The position numbers and the translations under genes are program-made. A stretch of 64,000 bases of DNA from Balamuthia mandrillaris (Eukaryota), in NCBI GenBank assembly GCA_031835245.2, contig JAVKOQ020000002.1:1-64000 (forward strand), written 5' to 3'. Of this stretch, positions 36,271-48,703 are shown in pieces. A model generated the notes under the pieces. That model ran no database searches. It was not told the DNA's origin and saw nothing but the letters and a program-made list of their open reading frames with translations. How positions within the stretch are numbered: position 1 is the first letter of the stretch; each line of letters begins with the position of its first letter.

Positions 36271-39200
36271 TCAGATGGACATATCCAACAGGAAAACACC
36301 AGAACGAAGCTTTTCGACGGTGTTCCATCCATCTATGAGCTCCAACTCGGCATAAAGTTCTGTCAGTTTCTCCGTCAACGAACTGTCTGGCCGTTCCATA
36401 ACCCATGCCACTCCTATCCGTTCCACTTCTTCCTCTTCTTCTTTTTCTTTGGTCTGTTCTGTTTCCGGTTCTCTATCTGTTTTGTCTTCTCTCCTTTCTT
36501 CGTGTTCTTTTTCTTTCTCCTTTTCTTTCTCCGTTTCCTTCTCCTTTTGTTGTTGCTGCTGGTGTTGAAGTTTCTTTTTCACCTTCCAACTTCGTTGCTG
36601 CTGCTGCCAAGTTTTCTCTTGAGCTACAACGTTATTCCAAGAAGCCATCACAAACGTCGCTCGAGAGTTGTTGTCTTTGGGCGACGGAGAGCGATAGCGA
36701 TAGCCCAAATACATTCGAGTGGTCTTTTGGTGGTCTCCTTCTGCTAATTCGTTGTCATAGGAAGATGAAGGGACAACAGCGTAGAGGGAGACCACTTTAT
36801 CTACGTTGTTGTATGTCTTTAGGAACCATGGATAAGGTTGTGCAGCGTAGGTCAAAGTTTGTTTGTTGTGGTCGCTGTGATTGTAGGCAAGATAGCGTCC
36901 ATCAGAGTAGGAGCGAAGAGTCACCGAGCCGTCATTTTGGTAATCCATAAACCATCGGCTGAATGACTTGGCCACAGCTTGAAATATTAAACGTTAAAAC
37001 GAGAAAATCACAAGAAAAAAAAACAATGGTAACAACAAGACGTTTCACAAGCCAAAGTAAGTATCAAGAACCGAACCTGTGTTGGGAGTCAAGCGAAGAG
37101 GTCCAGGACCCTTCGGATAGAGGTAACCACCATGCAACGTCCTTAGATGCACAATATTGTGCACCATCGTTACTGTCCACCGTTCGTAGGAGCGCAATGC
37201 ATTCCTCGCTCCAATATACAGCTGATGGTTTCTGCTGACGCACAGCCATTTGCCTTGTGGGTAGGTTCTCAAGCCAATGCAGTCACCCTCTTTGATAACC
37301 ACCCATTCCCACAAGCAGCACAGGTCTCGCCTCGTGAAAACTTGATCCTTTTCATCGTCGTAGCATAAATACTTGCGATGCACGTCTTGAACGACCACCA
37401 AGGAACGATTCTCGTCCACTGCTTCTCGTTGTTTTTCTGGTGATTGTTCGGAAGCAGAAGAGTTGCTACGTGGTCTTCTTTTGTTGGCTCTTCGCACTTC
37501 CCACAACTCGGCTGCGCTGATGGTGGTTGCATTAACATTGACGACGCTCTGAGCAAGACCGTTCTTTCCATCCAATGCTAAGTTGGTGGCAAGGGAGAGA
37601 TTGCTTTGATGGCGAAGACTGCTTGAGAGGAAAGTCTTGTAATTGCTGCCAAAAGCGACTTGCTTCCCATCGACGAGAGCAAGATCGGTAGGATGGTTGC
37701 TGAGGCCTGTTCCTGCTGCAAACCATGATAGCCAAGAGGCTCTGCCCAATGATAAACTTTGGAAGAAGATAGTTAGCATACGGGAGCAGAAAAGAAGAAA
37801 CAAAGAATCGGAAACGTGAAAATGTGTAGAGAAGAGGGCAGGTGATGGATACTTTTTGGTAAAAGGTTTTGGCTTCATGCCACGAGCACCAAACAGCCTT
37901 TCAAAGGCAGTGCCGCTTCCTTTTCGTTGCTGTTGAACATTGTTGGCAGACGCAACAGCATTTTCGCTCCTTGTTGCTTCGCTCCATTGATATTGATATT
38001 GACAGGAATGTTGTGAGGAAGGAGATGACGTACTTGCCGTATTTACAACAGAAGAAGACAGAGAATATGGGTCAGAAAACTTGCGCTGTTGCGAAGGATG
38101 GTGCTTAGAATGGGTGGATACAATTTCTTGGCTCAAAGCATGACGTGGTGATATCGAAGAACAAACGTTGGAGCCAGAAGAAGGTGAAGAACGAGAAGAA
38201 TAAGCAGATGGCAAACTCAAGGTAGTGGTTTGAGAGAGATGAAGCGCATCCACAGATTTAGATTTTGCTGCTTCATCGTTCTCAGCATCGCACTGCCTTT
38301 CTTCCATAGCCTCATTCGCGTCAGATGCATTGAAGCTTCGAGACCGTTTTCTTATTTTTGTTCGTAGCGAGTGCAAAGAAAAATGTTTACGGGTCGATGA
38401 AGAGGAGGAAGACGAAGGAGAAGAAATCAATTCCTTCTTGGATTCTTCTTTCTCCTTTTCTTCTTTTGGTATTTGCAACTGAATGCTGCATTTCCTCAAG
38501 TCTATTCCCTTTCCTTCTCTTCTGTCTCCTTCTGCCTCTTCTGTCTGTTCTACATTGTCAGCAGGGTTAGTGTCTTCCACGTTATCTTTCATCGATAGCT
38601 CTTCACAAATGCTAAATTCTGAGGTCTCATTAGCATCGCTTGATGACGTTCCTTCCTCTTCCGTTTCCTCTTCATCTTCACTCTCAGTTGTGCTGTAACT
38701 ACTTTCATCGCTATCTTCTTCAGCTTCTACGTCATCATCCTCATCCTCATCGTCGTAAATTCCAGTAGATAAACGAGAACCTCTTCTCATGAGCTCATAA
38801 AACTCAGTTGTGCCTCTGCGTTTCAACTTTGGTGTGACCACAACATCGGCAGAGCAGTCTTCCTCCTCTTTTTCTTTGATAGCTTCACTTTCGCTTTGTG
38901 CTATGACTGAAACTGGGATTCCGTCATGTGTTGCTCGAATGGTTTTCTCGTAATTGTCACGTTCATTGGTTTCAGTTAATATGTTCTTCTCCCAGGATCG
39001 TCGCAGTTCGCGTTCTCTCTGAATAAATGAAAACGACGAACAAGACAAAGGAGGCGATGTCGAAGGAGAAGATGAAGCAGCAGTGGAAGAAGAAGAAGCA
39101 GTAGAAGAAGAAGCAGCAGACACAGAAGAAGAAGAAGAAGAAGAAGAACAAGAAGAAGAAGGAGAAGAAGAGGTTTTCTGGATGTGATGATATTGTTGCT

Positions 39201-42200
39201 GTAGCCACCTATCTGCAATATGTTTGTCCTGGTTGTTGTCTTCTTTGTGTCCTACCTCTGCGATAAAACTGGAAGTTACAGAGTTTGTTGGCGGCCGGTG
39301 ATGCAACCGTTTGGTGAGCTTTTGTCTGACAGCGGAGAACGGTTTAAACTTCTTAGCGCCTTTACTTCCTGCTTCCAACAATGAATGGTGAGGATGTGCG
39401 AACAAGCCGCTGGTATGCATTCGTTTGGTGTTACCAAACGATGCATCCAAGAAGCGCGTGGTGCGTTTTCCTTTCTCCTCTTCATTTCTCTTCTCCACGT
39501 CGTTTGCTGCTTTGGATGAATGCGCCAACAGACTGCTGTGTAAGGTTTGGATATGTTTGCTTTCGATGCGTTTCATTTTTTGTTGAAAGTGTTGCTCCCA
39601 TTGAGCACACCGAAGTTCAAGACCGTCTCTTCCGCGAATGCTTTCCAGGTTGCGTAATGCTTCCAGTTTCATTATTGCTGCCACAATACTTCCAAGCTTT
39701 TTCTTTCTAGTCTGGTGATGCGAAGAAGAGGAAGAGAAAGATGCCTCTTGTTCAGCAAGGTTTGGTTCTTTCTCATGTTCTTCATTATTGCTTTGGTACG
39801 TGTCTTCTGTTGTAGTTGTTGTTGCGGCGCCTTCAGTTGATTGTAGGAGATTCAGTGTATGGCAAATGGTAATGACATCGTCAACTTCGGTCTGGTACCG
39901 TGGCTTCATTTTTTTGGGTTTTGCCATTAGAGCCCAGTAAAACTCTTTCCATGCTCTCATCCACAATCTCCCTATAGTATTGTTTCAGCGTAAGTATAGG
40001 TTATTGAAGAAAAGATAGATGACTTACCACGTGTTTCGTCTCTGCTACGTCCATCAAATGCAAAGGATTGTGGGCTAGCAGAGAAGTAAGACGAAGTCAT
40101 TGACCAGTCGCAAATAGCCTGAGCTAGCTGCAAACGAGACTCTCGCAACAGTCGTCTCTCCAACGGCCCCAACGTTTTGCGTTTCTGCAACATTTTAATG
40201 CCTTCTGAGAAGTACTCAACACACGAACGGAAATCATCCATTCTCTCGTAACTTCGTGGTTGAACAGTACTTCTGTTGATAGAAGACGAAGGTGCAGTGG
40301 GTTCTTGCACTTCCAAATTGTCCAAAGAGTTGTTGATATTGTTTTCAGCTGAAAGTTCAGTCACTGGGTGTTGCACAAAAGAGAAGGAACCCGAGGTGGA
40401 CAAGTAAGGATGGAAGGTATCTTCTCGTGTCTTATTCTCTTCCTCCTCGCATAACATCACCAATTTATGACTCACTTTACCTATATGAATCAGAAATGGG
40501 ATAAGTGACAAGAAGATAGGAAGGAGAAAGGAAAACAGAGCATAGTAGACGGAAAGCAAAGAAGATAAAGAAGAGAGAACCGAGCAATAAAAGTGTAGGA
40601 ACACTGTCCGGGATGCTAGAAAGCGCCAATAACAACTTTTCTTTGGCAAAGTTGAGAAGGCGCTTGACCTTTCCTCTGGTGGTAGGGTCCAGGTCATAAT
40701 CTCCTCGGCTCCGCGACTTGTCCGCCAACTTTTGAGCTTTGAGCCACAATGCTTGCCCCTCCGATCCTGCTATCAAATGCATGTGTTTTACTTTGGCCTC
40801 CAAATCGAGTAAATGTGGATCGACTATTTCATACTTTTCGGTTAGTTGCAAAAGAAAGTGAAGAAGAGGACAGAAGAAAGCAAGAGAAGGTCGAAAAAAA
40901 AACATACGCCACTCGTAAGGGTGTGGAACAGCAGCTGGAGGCGAGCCGTTAAGCGCATCATAAATGGCAGGCACATCTGCAACAGTGATGCCCAACATGC
41001 TACATAATCGTCGAAAGAATAAACCTTGAAACAAGAAAGGTCGAGTTCGATCCTTGCAACGCAGCTCTTCTTTCGTAAAGGCAAGATTTCCAAATTTGGC
41101 GCGAATGCAGCATTTCAGAGGCAACAACCAGCGTAGGTTCGTCTTTAGCAGCCTATCATAAGAGCTGTCCAAGTCGTTTCTGTTCCGTTTCTCGAGAAGA
41201 ACATCTTCTTTCACTTTTTCATTTCTCTCCCGTCTTTCCTTCTCTTGGACTGCTACCCAAATATAATACTCCAATCCTCCTTCTAACTTTTCATCTTCGC
41301 TTTCTGCTTTTTCTTCGTCTTCTCCTTCTTCTCTGTTTTGTGCTTGTTTCTTTTCTGCCCCTTCCACATCACGTGGAAAGTCAGGAGGAGTATTAGATGT
41401 CCAAAAGTGGTGCGAATATGTAGAATGGCCTGAAAACAAATTAAAAAGTTGCAGCACCAACTGCCGATAAGGCTCTGAGGATGGCACTTTCAGTGCTTTC
41501 ATCTTTTCTCGCAATAATGCACGAATGATATTTTTACAAACTCTAGCTGCCATCTTGATACAAATAATCAGTTTGAAAATCAAATGAACCCAAACGCAAG
41601 CAACAAATAAAGCAAATAAACAAACTACGTAAAGATGAGAGAGAACAAACCTCTGTGAAAAGAAGAGAGCTATACTTCCACATACAACCCGAAGAATGTG
41701 GTTCTTTCAAAAGAAGGTGACGCACCAGGCCAAGATATCGTCTGTTGATTCCATGCGTATGCATTTGATGCAAAACGTTGTTGATCTGTCTGTTGAGCAT
41801 CTCCACAGAGATAGCATCTTTCAACACTTCTGCATGACGGGAAGTAAAAGTAGGACGGGATAACGACGCTGCCCTTGAAGTTGGAGTGTTGGGTGTATCT
41901 CCTCCAAATATACTTCTACATTCAGCGCAATAACGACGGTACTTTGGTTTTGAAACAAGGTTAAAATATGAGAGAAAAGATGTGCAGTATAACATGAGAG
42001 TGAAAAGGATAAAGAGTGAGGACAGAGGGAGAGATGAGAGAGAACATACTGTTCCTTTGAAGCGCTCTTTGTCGCTTTGGCACATTTTTCGAACGTCTTG
42101 AACAAAGTTTGGAATGATAACATCGACTAAGTTTCTTGTGGCTTCTGTAACTTCATCGTTGTGAGTTCTCCAGTTCGGATCTTTGGCTTGCCATCCACTG

Positions 42201-44474
42201 TACGCATCTGAGCTCAACGGTACTTTGTTGCATACCACTAATTCTGGGCGAAGCATTTTGAAGAAGACTGAACGAGGTTCTGCGACAGGAAAATAGGCAG
42301 AGGCCACTTCGGTGCTCTCTGGACAGTAGACACGACTAAAGTCCACTAGATAAAAGCGACCATCCGCTCCCCAGTGCCCTTCTATGTCTCCACACGCGTA
42401 TAGAGTTACATTCTTTACGATGTGAGGTTTCAGGTTGAGCCGTTGGAAAATGCTTGATAAGCACTCGTTGAATACTTCGTAGTCAGCATGCACTGTCCTT
42501 CCCGCGTCATGAGAGCTATTTATGTTCAATGAAATGCATGGTAAACGCATCAAGGTTGAGGAAGTGAGAAGAAAGGACAGGAAGAGAGCAAAGAAATGAA
42601 TGAGAGATATAAGGCACCCATAGCAGATGGTTTTGTGAGAGATAGGGAGGATCGAAACAGCTGTCAATCGAAAGCCACGGTAGTCTACAATGGTCATAAG
42701 AGGAACGAATATCCCTTCTGCTGCTGCCTCAGCATCCACAATCCTCGCCAATGAGCGTAGTTCATGAGCCGCTACGAATGAAGGGTCAAATAAGAACAAG
42801 CAATATGGGCAACAAAACAACCATCATTACACACGAAACGACAACGAGAAACAAGCAGACATACCTGCTTTCATTGCATTGGTGTCGTTGGGATGACAAA
42901 ATCCATACATCCAGCAACCAGATTTGTATTCCGTATCCACAGCAAACTTGAAGAGCATGCCTCTGCATTGGTACTTCTCTCCTCCTGCAACGCCGCCCAT
43001 GCTTAATGGCTTTATGGTCTTATCATCGTACGGGAGAAAACGCTCACTGATGATGATACGACCATAAACTTCAGCTGCGTGCTGAAAGTGTGTTGTTCAA
43101 AACAGAAACAAACAAGAATGTATGAGAAAGCAAGAAACGAAGGAAAATGAGGGGAAAACAAAAGACTGAAAGAAAAGCAAAGAAAGACATATCATGGGCC
43201 AGATAAGCTAGTTTAGAGTACTTGTCCTCGTTATCTTCCAGAGCAAGCATGGCCTGGAAATGTTTATTCCAAAGACTGTTGTCTAACCCATCAAGTTGCC
43301 GTGTATCGTTCCTATTCATGGCATGCAACGCTTGCCATCGTCTCGCACGTTTACTTCTGTCTCTGCGACTCTTTGAAGTTGCGCTATTGTATGGAAATAA
43401 TGTTGAAGTGGCCCCTTGCTCCTCCTTTTTGTTGTTGTTGCTATACTTTCTCCTTGTTCTTCTTTTCCTTCTTCTTTCTTTTGTAGTCGAATTGGGGGAA
43501 GAAGAGGACGTTGAGTCTTTTCTGACCCGTGTCGTAGTCTCGGAGCAAGAAGTGGAAGCAGAGGAATATGAATAAGAAGAAGAGGAAGAGCTTAAGCTTG
43601 CTCTTATCGTTGTCTTTTGATGGTCAACCTGAACAACTTCTTCGTAGCCATCCACCTCGGAGTCCGCTTGCAAAAGCGCGAAAGAAGGTTTTGGCGTTGT
43701 TGCTGCCTTGAAAGCATCATCACGTTCATGGTCGAACGAGGGATACACTTCGTAGCTCACGTTGTTTTCAGTTTCTTCTTCTGCAGCGCTTTCATCAAGG
43801 GCGTGCATAGGTTGCTTTTGAGTGACAGCGTTGGTTGCATTGTTTGAACCGAATAACGAAAGCTTTGCCGAAGAGGAGGAAGAAGAAAAGGAAGAAGAAG
43901 AAGAAGAAGAGGAAGCAGAAACGGAAGAACTAAAAGAAGAAAAGGAAGAGGGGCAGATTTCATAGCCACCTTCTTCCTCCGTCGCTGAGGAGTCCGACTC
44001 AGCAACATGGACTTGCGGTTGTCGTCACATTGTTGAGGAGCTTTGGTTTCTGCTGTGGTAGTTGTTGTTGCAGGGGAAGTGCTACGAGCGAACGGTGAAC
44101 CATCGGTTCGTAGGTATGTTCCGCGTAGACGTCAGCCTCCTCATCTCTTTCTTCTGCTGTGGCTCCCAAACCCTTGGTTGTCGATGGGGTCGCAACAACA
44201 ACAACGCTGCTCGATTGGGTTTTTAGAATAAAAGAGAGGAAAACGATGGAGAGATAAAAGCGAAAGTAAAGGTTTTAAAAAAAGAAGACAGAGGTCGTTA
44301 CCTTGTGCTCGATTGGACGGAATCCGCAACTTCTGAGGTAGAAGTAGCAGCAGACGGCTGGGCGTGTGGCTCGGAAGCCAGGAAGCACTTTTCTAACTCT
44401 GCAAGTTCCCTTCTTTTCCGCTCTATCTGAGCGAGCAACTCTTGTCTTCTGCTTGCCGCTTCTTCCTCCTCCAT
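36271..44474 (-). CDS. Large CLU-domain protein with low-complexity middle and fascin-like C-terminal region
   Basis: GGVAGGEKY, AAHELRSL, DYRGFRLTA, GDIEGH..DGRFYLVDFSR and LRPELV CLU motifs; C-terminal IGLRTYPQGKWL, LRTLHGGYL and LRSYSDGRYL beta-trefoil-like repeats; start MEEEEAAS inferred. Confidence 0.8.
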
Positions 44475-44663
44475 TTTGTCTTTTTTTTCTTTGGACTTGT
44501 CTTTGTCGACGGGAAATGAATAGCAATTTCACGTCGTCACGGTGGTGGTACTCGTCGTTACCAAATTATCATGACGACACGATTACGTTCTCCAAAAAAG
44601 AGAAAGAAGAGCACAGGATTTGGTGTGTGTTGCAGACGAACAAAACTATGGACATATATATAC

Positions 44664-45362
44664 TTAGTAGAAAAACTCAATGACTACGGTAGCGCTGACT
44701 TCTTGCTGCCCGCCAACAACGGGTGTCGTAGCCAGCAAGTTGGCCCCTCCTTGCGCCTCGGCGGCTGCCGAGAACAGCGGGATGGGTCTCGGGAAGAACA
44801 AATTTCCGATCTGCACCGACGCCACTCCCCTCGACTCCAGCTCCAACGCGTCCAACACGATCATGGCCTGGTCCTTGGCGTTCTCCACAGCTCGTTGCAA
44901 GGCCAACTCTTTCGCCTCGGCTGTGGCTTGGTCAGAGGCCACCACATTCAACGAGTCGATGCGAGTGGCACCGGCTTGGACCGCTCCGTCGATAATCTCT
45001 CCCACTTGATCGATTTCGACCACTCGGAAGCTTATCAGGTTGGTCGCTACGTAGCCCAACACTTCAACGGACTGTGGCGGCGGCGGGAAAATTGTTGTAG
45101 AGAACGGATCCGGTGGAGGAAGGATGGCGTCCAGAGAGATGCGAACTGTTTGGAGGTTCTCGATGCCCTCTTGTTCTTGCAGAAACTCTGTGAGGTTAGA
45201 AGAGAGCTGAGCCGCTTGTTGGATGGCGTCCGCCGCGCTTTCGTTGGAGCGAACCTCCACCCCGAGCACGATTTCGGTGATGTTGGCGGCAGCGTTGGCC
45301 GTTCCCTCTCCAGTCACGGTCAGTATTCGGTCCGTATTCAGCGCGGCAGTGTCAGTAGCGTT

Positions 45363-45395
<33 letters not shown>

Positions 45396-45488
45396 TCCTT
45401 CATCTTCTTGAGCGTAGACGGTGGACGAAGGCAGCAAGAAGCAAGAGGCAAGAAGCACCGTCAACAGTAGAAGGCAAATCTTTTTCAT
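44664..45488 (-). CDS. Secreted SIMPL/DUF541 (BP26/YggE-like) protein, intronless, 274 aa
   Basis: Signal peptide MKKICLLLLTVLLA; LTVTGEG, GYVATN, GEIIDGAVQAGATRI, ALQRAVENAKDQA, GQQEVSATVVIEF. Confidence 0.9.
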
Positions 45489-46603
45489 CTTTGTCGTCGG
45501 GAGGCGGAGGGACGCTGCTGGACTTTGTTGTCGCGATGGATGCAAGCAAAAAGGATGTGCGTAGGAACTCTCTTGCTGGTTTGGTGATGGTTTTTTTTTC
45601 AAATGAGCAGCCCAGCCAAGAGGCGAACGACCGCTCGTTCGCCGGCGCAGTTGCACGGGGCGAAATGGTAGCAGGTTCCACATCAGATAGCTGTGGATTT
45701 TCTCCTTTGCCTCACGCGCGGTGGTGGGGGGGGTGGTGGTGGGTGTGGCGTTTGCAGGCGTCTCGCTGCTCTGGGGCCTATTTGCTGTTCCTCCATGCCA
45801 TGGGGGTTACAACTTGCTAGCATCGTGGTGGTTTCGCTCCCCACGCCAATGTAGGACCGGACGCTCGACGTTCTCTCCGCATGCGAACTCGCTCGGCTGG
45901 CCGTACCCTCACGAGGGTTGGGATCCCAACCCATCCCACAATACCCGTTGAACTGTTCTGCACCTTATTATTTTTGAGATAGGGTGAACGTCTCCACCCA
46001 CCACATTGTGGCTCACATGATCCGCTTTCGCTTCTTTCTCTGTTCTCCTTTCTTTTTTTTGAGTTTCCCCTAACAGCAAATAGGGCACCAGCAGAACAAA
46101 GTCACCTGGGGACAAAACCCATGCTTGGAAGGATGCCGTGCTTGCTGGTTGTTCCCTTCATTCCTTCATCTCAAGGATATTTCTCCGAGTTTGATTGGGC
46201 TTTCTTGTTAGGGACACCCTTTCGTCCTTCTTCTTTACCAAAAGGAAAACAATAGAAGCCCCCCTCACTGAGGTTTCTTCGGGTTTGATGGGACCTTTGT
46301 TGGTTCTCTCCTTTGTTGTTTGGGGGAAACGCCATGAGTTATAGCGTCGTCATCTTCTTTTAGACCACCACCACCTTCGTTTCGTTGGAGTTTCTGACCA
46401 TGCCATCCAAAGAAAGGGATTCAGCAGAGCATCCCGTCTCCTGCCACGGATTTTCGAGGTGGAACCCATGGGACTGCTTTCTCTCTCTTGTAGTTTCGCT
46501 GTGGATTCGGCAGGTGGTCATCTCGCTTTCACACCTCCTTCCTTTCCTCTCTTCTCTCCTCTGCACGTCTCTCCTGTCCGACTGACAAGCTCCTTCCAAA
46601 ACC

Positions 46604-46610
46604 TTTATAA
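46604..46610 (+). promoter_or_regulatory. Putative TATA box of the Dps-like gene
   Basis: TTATAAA about 100 bp upstream of ATG 46705. Confidence 0.5.
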
Positions 46611-46704
46611 AGGTCTGGCTGCTTTTTTTTTCCTTCCTCTTCCTCGACCAACAAACAATCCAAACAAACAATCCAAGCTTCTCTTTACCTTCACCCATCG
46701 AACA

Positions 46705-47256
46705 ATGGCCGAATACAGACTGGAGTGCCAAGACATCAAGCCCAAGATCGGCATCGAGGAACAGACCTGCCACCACTGCGGAGACATGCTCTCCAAGATC
46801 ATTGCTGATGAGTTCGTGCTGATGACCAAGGCTGGCATCTGCAAGCACAACGTGCTGGGCAAGCGCAGGGAGATGCTCAAGGACCTCTTCAAGGAGTGCA
46901 CCCTTATGTTCTGCGAGGGCATGGAGCAGTCCTGCAAGGAGCTGAGGAACTTGGGCTACCGCGTGCCCCACATCCCCGAGAAGCTCCACCTTACCAGGAT
47001 CTCTCCCTCCCCCAAGGGAGAGAAGTGGCCCGACGCGGACACCATGATCGAGAACCTGCTCAACGACTGCGAGAAGGTCACCCAGTACCTCTACAGGGAT
47101 GCCAAGAAGTTGGACGAGACCTGCAAGTGCCCTGACATCAAGGACTTCTTGGCCGAGCTTATCAGGTGCCACAAGGAGATCTGCAAGAAGCTCCGTTGCC
47201 ACCTCGAAAGGAAGGGAGGCAGCATGATGAGCAAGGGCTCTTCTTCCTACTATTAA
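46705..47256 (+). CDS. Cysteine-rich Dps/ferritin-like protein, intronless, 183 aa
   Basis: KPKIGI..LSKIIADEFVLMTK..HNVLG..LF..LRNLG..LTRI..PDADTMIENLLND..DFLAELI..H....KLR aligns by eye with bacterial Dps; strong C/G third-position bias. Confidence 0.8.
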   Translation: MAEYRLECQDIKPKIGIEEQTCHHCGDMLSKIIADEFVLMTKAGICKHNVLGKRREMLKDLFKECTLMFCEGMEQSCKELRNLGYRVPHIPEKLHLTRISPSPKGEKWPDADTMIENLLNDCEKVTQYLYRDAKKLDETCKCPDIKDFLAELIRCHKEICKKLRCHLERKGGSMMSKGSSSYY

Positions 47257-47468
47257 ACCGTCCTGAACCGGAATGGAGAGCTCTCCGAGAATAGTGGAGC
47301 ACAGATGTGCTGACTTGCTTTCTTTCTTCTTGTCGTCTTCCATTCCGCATTACTATGATTTAGGACCTTTGCCAAATAAAGGAAACAATAAATTAAAAAT
47401 ATCTTTTTAAGTAAACATGACATCACTTGTTTTTTACAATAATCATGTCGACACGATTTGGTTGGCCT

Positions 47469-47516
<48 letters not shown>

Positions 47517-47547
47517 AAAAAGAAAGAAGCAATATAAAAAAAAACCG

Positions 47548-48651
47548 ATGAGACGCTACAAGAAGCAGAAAAAGTTTCCGGCTTTTGAGTCGGGCTTTCA
47601 GCCCAGCGGCAAGAATGAACCACCAGACAGGCCCGCCACGGTGTTGAGCAATCGCCAAAAGCAGAAACAGAAACGCAAAGCCCAAAAGGCCGGAGGGGCG
47701 GACAATCTTCCTGCTCCCAGCGAGAAGCTGCCCGCCTCTTTGCGGAGGGTCATGAACGCCAAGCAACGCCTCAAGGAGGGAAAGAAAAGTGAGGCTTCTT
47801 CTTTTTTTGTTTGATTATAATTTTTTTTTTGACTTAGGTATCCCTTTGAAATAGTTTCTTTTGCTCAAAGAGAGAGTGTTCCAAAGGCGAAGAAGGAGAG
47901 AGCTGCAAATAATAATCAAGCACAACCATCCACCACCAAAGAAAGCGCTGCGAACAACGACAGCGTAGTGAAGAAGAACGACGAGATCAAGTTTGATAAA
48001 CAACGCCCCGGAGAAACCTTTCATCAGTACACCGAACGCCTCAACCGAGAGACCAAAGAGTACCTCATCCGATTCAACAAACGAACGACCAACACCGCCC
48101 TCAAACGCAAAGAATACGACAAGAAAAGAAAAGAAAAGCTCAAAGCTAAACGGCAGAAGCGAAGCCATAAGGGTTCTCCTTCGGAGGAGGAGGAGGAAGA
48201 AGAAGAGGGAGAAGGAGGAGAAGGAGGAAAGAAGAAGAGCTTCAATGTGTTCGAGGATCAAGTTGCTTTTGGAGAGGTGGTCGACCGTCCTCCTGACTTG
48301 ACCGTCAAACCCAAAATCAAAGGAGTACGCCTCTCCCTCTTCTTTCACTTGTAGTTCGTTCTTTTTTCTTTCGTGCTCCTTTGTCGTTTCTTTCTTTCTT
48401 GCTGTTTCTTTCGTTATTGTTTATGTTTTCTCACAACAACCAAAAAATAGAGCAATAATCCATTGCGACCACAACCTCGCCTGAGCGAAGAGGAAGAGAA
48501 AGAACGCAGAGTGCGAGAACTCTACGTCACTCGCATCATGCAAAACTACAAAGCTGCAAAGGCAAAACGCAAAGAGCAAGAACAACAATCTAATCCCAGC
48601 GGAGGTGGCGGTTCTTCCGCCACCAAACCTCTCCCCAGCAGTTACCTTTAA
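47548..48651 (+). CDS. CCDC137-like basic coiled-coil (probably nucleolar) protein
   Basis: KQRPGETFHQYTERL and DQVAFGEVVDRPPDL motifs; Lys/Arg-rich; three exons. Confidence 0.7.
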
Positions 48652-48703
48652 AATTTTATTTAAATACAAACAGGAAACTGCATCCATGAAGAAATACATC
48701 GGT

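Noticed and set aside
46360..47343. 327-aa minus-strand ORF, and 299-aa plus-strand ORF at 44571-45470
   Set aside because: Antisense shadows of codon-biased genes; no recognisable motifs.
47470..47513. Long poly(A) as a retrocopy tail of the Dps-like gene
   Set aside because: No TSD was found; it lies just upstream of the next ATG, and poly(A/T) runs are common in this genome.
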